NCBI GenBank assembly: GCA_044892505.1
Contig: CM097882.1
Location: forward strand, 196,974,001-197,038,000
Reading direction: 5' to 3'
DNA from: Schmidtea nova
Lineage: Eukaryota
Length of the DNA stretch: 64,000 bases
Shown here in pieces: positions 62,546 to 64,000 of this stretch. A program made the position numbers and the translations under genes. The first letter of the stretch is position 1; each line of letters starts with the position of its first letter. The notes under the pieces are model-generated. The model saw only the letters and a program-made list of their open reading frames with translations, was not told where the DNA came from and made no database searches.

Positions 62546-63034
62546 GGGGCCGTTCATAAAGTATGTACGCACTTAGGGGGTAGGGGGGGGTGTCAGACCA
62601 AAAGCGTATTGGTATGTATGGGGGTAAAACACGGTAAATAAATACAAAACTAGTAAATATAGCCGCAGAGTATAGTATGATTCGATTAAAAAATAATGGT
62701 TAAAAGAAAATTTCGGTTTTTAAAACAGCAATGAGGCTTAACAATTAGACATTTAATTGATATGTAATAACAATCATTTTTAAAAATGTCAATACTAATC
62801 GTAACAAACAAACAGTCTCTTGAGCATATCAAAACGAAATAAGATAGTGGCATTGTCATTTATGTGTTATTTAAGTAAATTGGTGACCAACTTGAAAGGA
62901 GTATTGTAGTTTTGGTACTACCAGTGTATGTACCGGGGGGGGGTAGGGGGGCCGAAAAAGTACACACTGCAACATGGGGAGGGAGGGGGGTAGCATTTAC
63001 GATTTTTTGGCGTACGTACTTTATGGACGATCCC
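62546..63034. mobile_element. PIF/Harbinger-type MITE (489 bp)
   Basis: TAA TSD on both sides; TIR ggggccgttcataaagtatgtacgc / gcgtacgtactttatggacgatccc. Confidence 0.85.
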
Positions 63035-64000
63035 TAATGCAAAATATTGGATTAACATTTTTTAAATTTTTTCATTAATTAATATTTCTTAATTAATATT
63101 TAATATTTTCTCCATCAAAAATTTTTACAACTAAAAATACTCTACGCCTACAAACATAATTTTTTATATTCTCAGAAAACCTCTGGTAAAGTTAAACAAA
63201 ATATTTCAACTCTCCAAAATACTCGGTAAATTTACACATTAAAACACTTAAATCTGGATATTAACTTTGTAAGTGATTTTTAGGCTTTTTTAGTGAAAGT
63301 TGAATTTTAGCCTTTTTAAGTGAGAACTAAACAAGTTTTCTGAGAGTTGAAATGTTATATGCATAAATTTATCTAATTTTTTTCTGAAATATTTTAAATA
63401 TTCTCAATCAAAAAAGTGTTATATACATGTCTCAAATGAAAAAACAATTTGATGTAACTCAAAATTTATTAAAAGGCATATTTATTCATATTTATTATTT
63501 ATTCATTTATTCATTTCAATTAAAAAATCTAAAATGATAGTCTGTCAGAACAATCGATGTAAAAACCTAAAAATGATTACAAAAATTCATTATAGAAAAA
63601 ACTACAAGTTCATTCTCGCTAAAATAAGTAGTTTAAGTAAAAAGTTAATTTCAGGTGAAAGAGATTACTAAAATGTTTTAAAGGAATAATCGGTGAAAAT
63701 GGTTAAAAAGATAAATATTGTTTAAAAATGCTATTGCAGTAATAAATTCTCACTAAAAGGTAAATTTTAAAAACATTTCGCAGATAAAAAATATATAAAA
63801 AGAACAATTTAATTTTTACATTAAAATCTTTTTGTATATGACTCTCAGTTTACTTGCAGAGGGAAATTAAAAAGAAAACATTAATTGTATAAAATATGAA
63901 TATAAAGAATTTTAAATAATTTTTTTGAATGAAATGCTGTTTATTTTAAATGGTCATTAATGAATTTTATGTCAATGGAAAATTTTCGAAAATTAAAAAT

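Overview
AT-rich eukaryotic (metazoan-type) scaffold with N gaps and very short (~45 nt) spliceosomal introns. Host genes: a 3-exon Polycomb EED/ESC gene (minus, 1536-6221), a multi-exon tetraspanin (plus, from 16951) and the 5' exons of a probable secreted Cys-rich protein (from 61559). Most of the rest is nested mobile DNA: two Ty3/Gypsy LTR retrotransposons, two divergent Polinton/Maverick (adintovirus-like) elements, a 5'-truncated Penelope-like element and several hAT/Harbinger MITEs. The larger Polinton (~43664-60895) carries pPolB, adenain protease, major capsid, two penton paralogs, integrase, packaging ATPase and core-protein genes, all decayed by stops or frameshifts. Standout observations: (1) Polinton core genes contain host-sized spliceosomal introns; (2) this Polinton encodes a divergent TATA-binding-protein-fold ORF; (3) an unclassified 2.5-3.3 kb TG...CA element family with 4-bp TSDs, a bidirectional promoter cassette, a conserved antisense micro-exon ladder, a conserved pseudoknot-like RNA and an orphan coiled-coil/basic ORF; (4) a Penelope minimal hammerhead with a U3-A8 variant core. 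All calls are from manual reading; no searches or folding programs were run.
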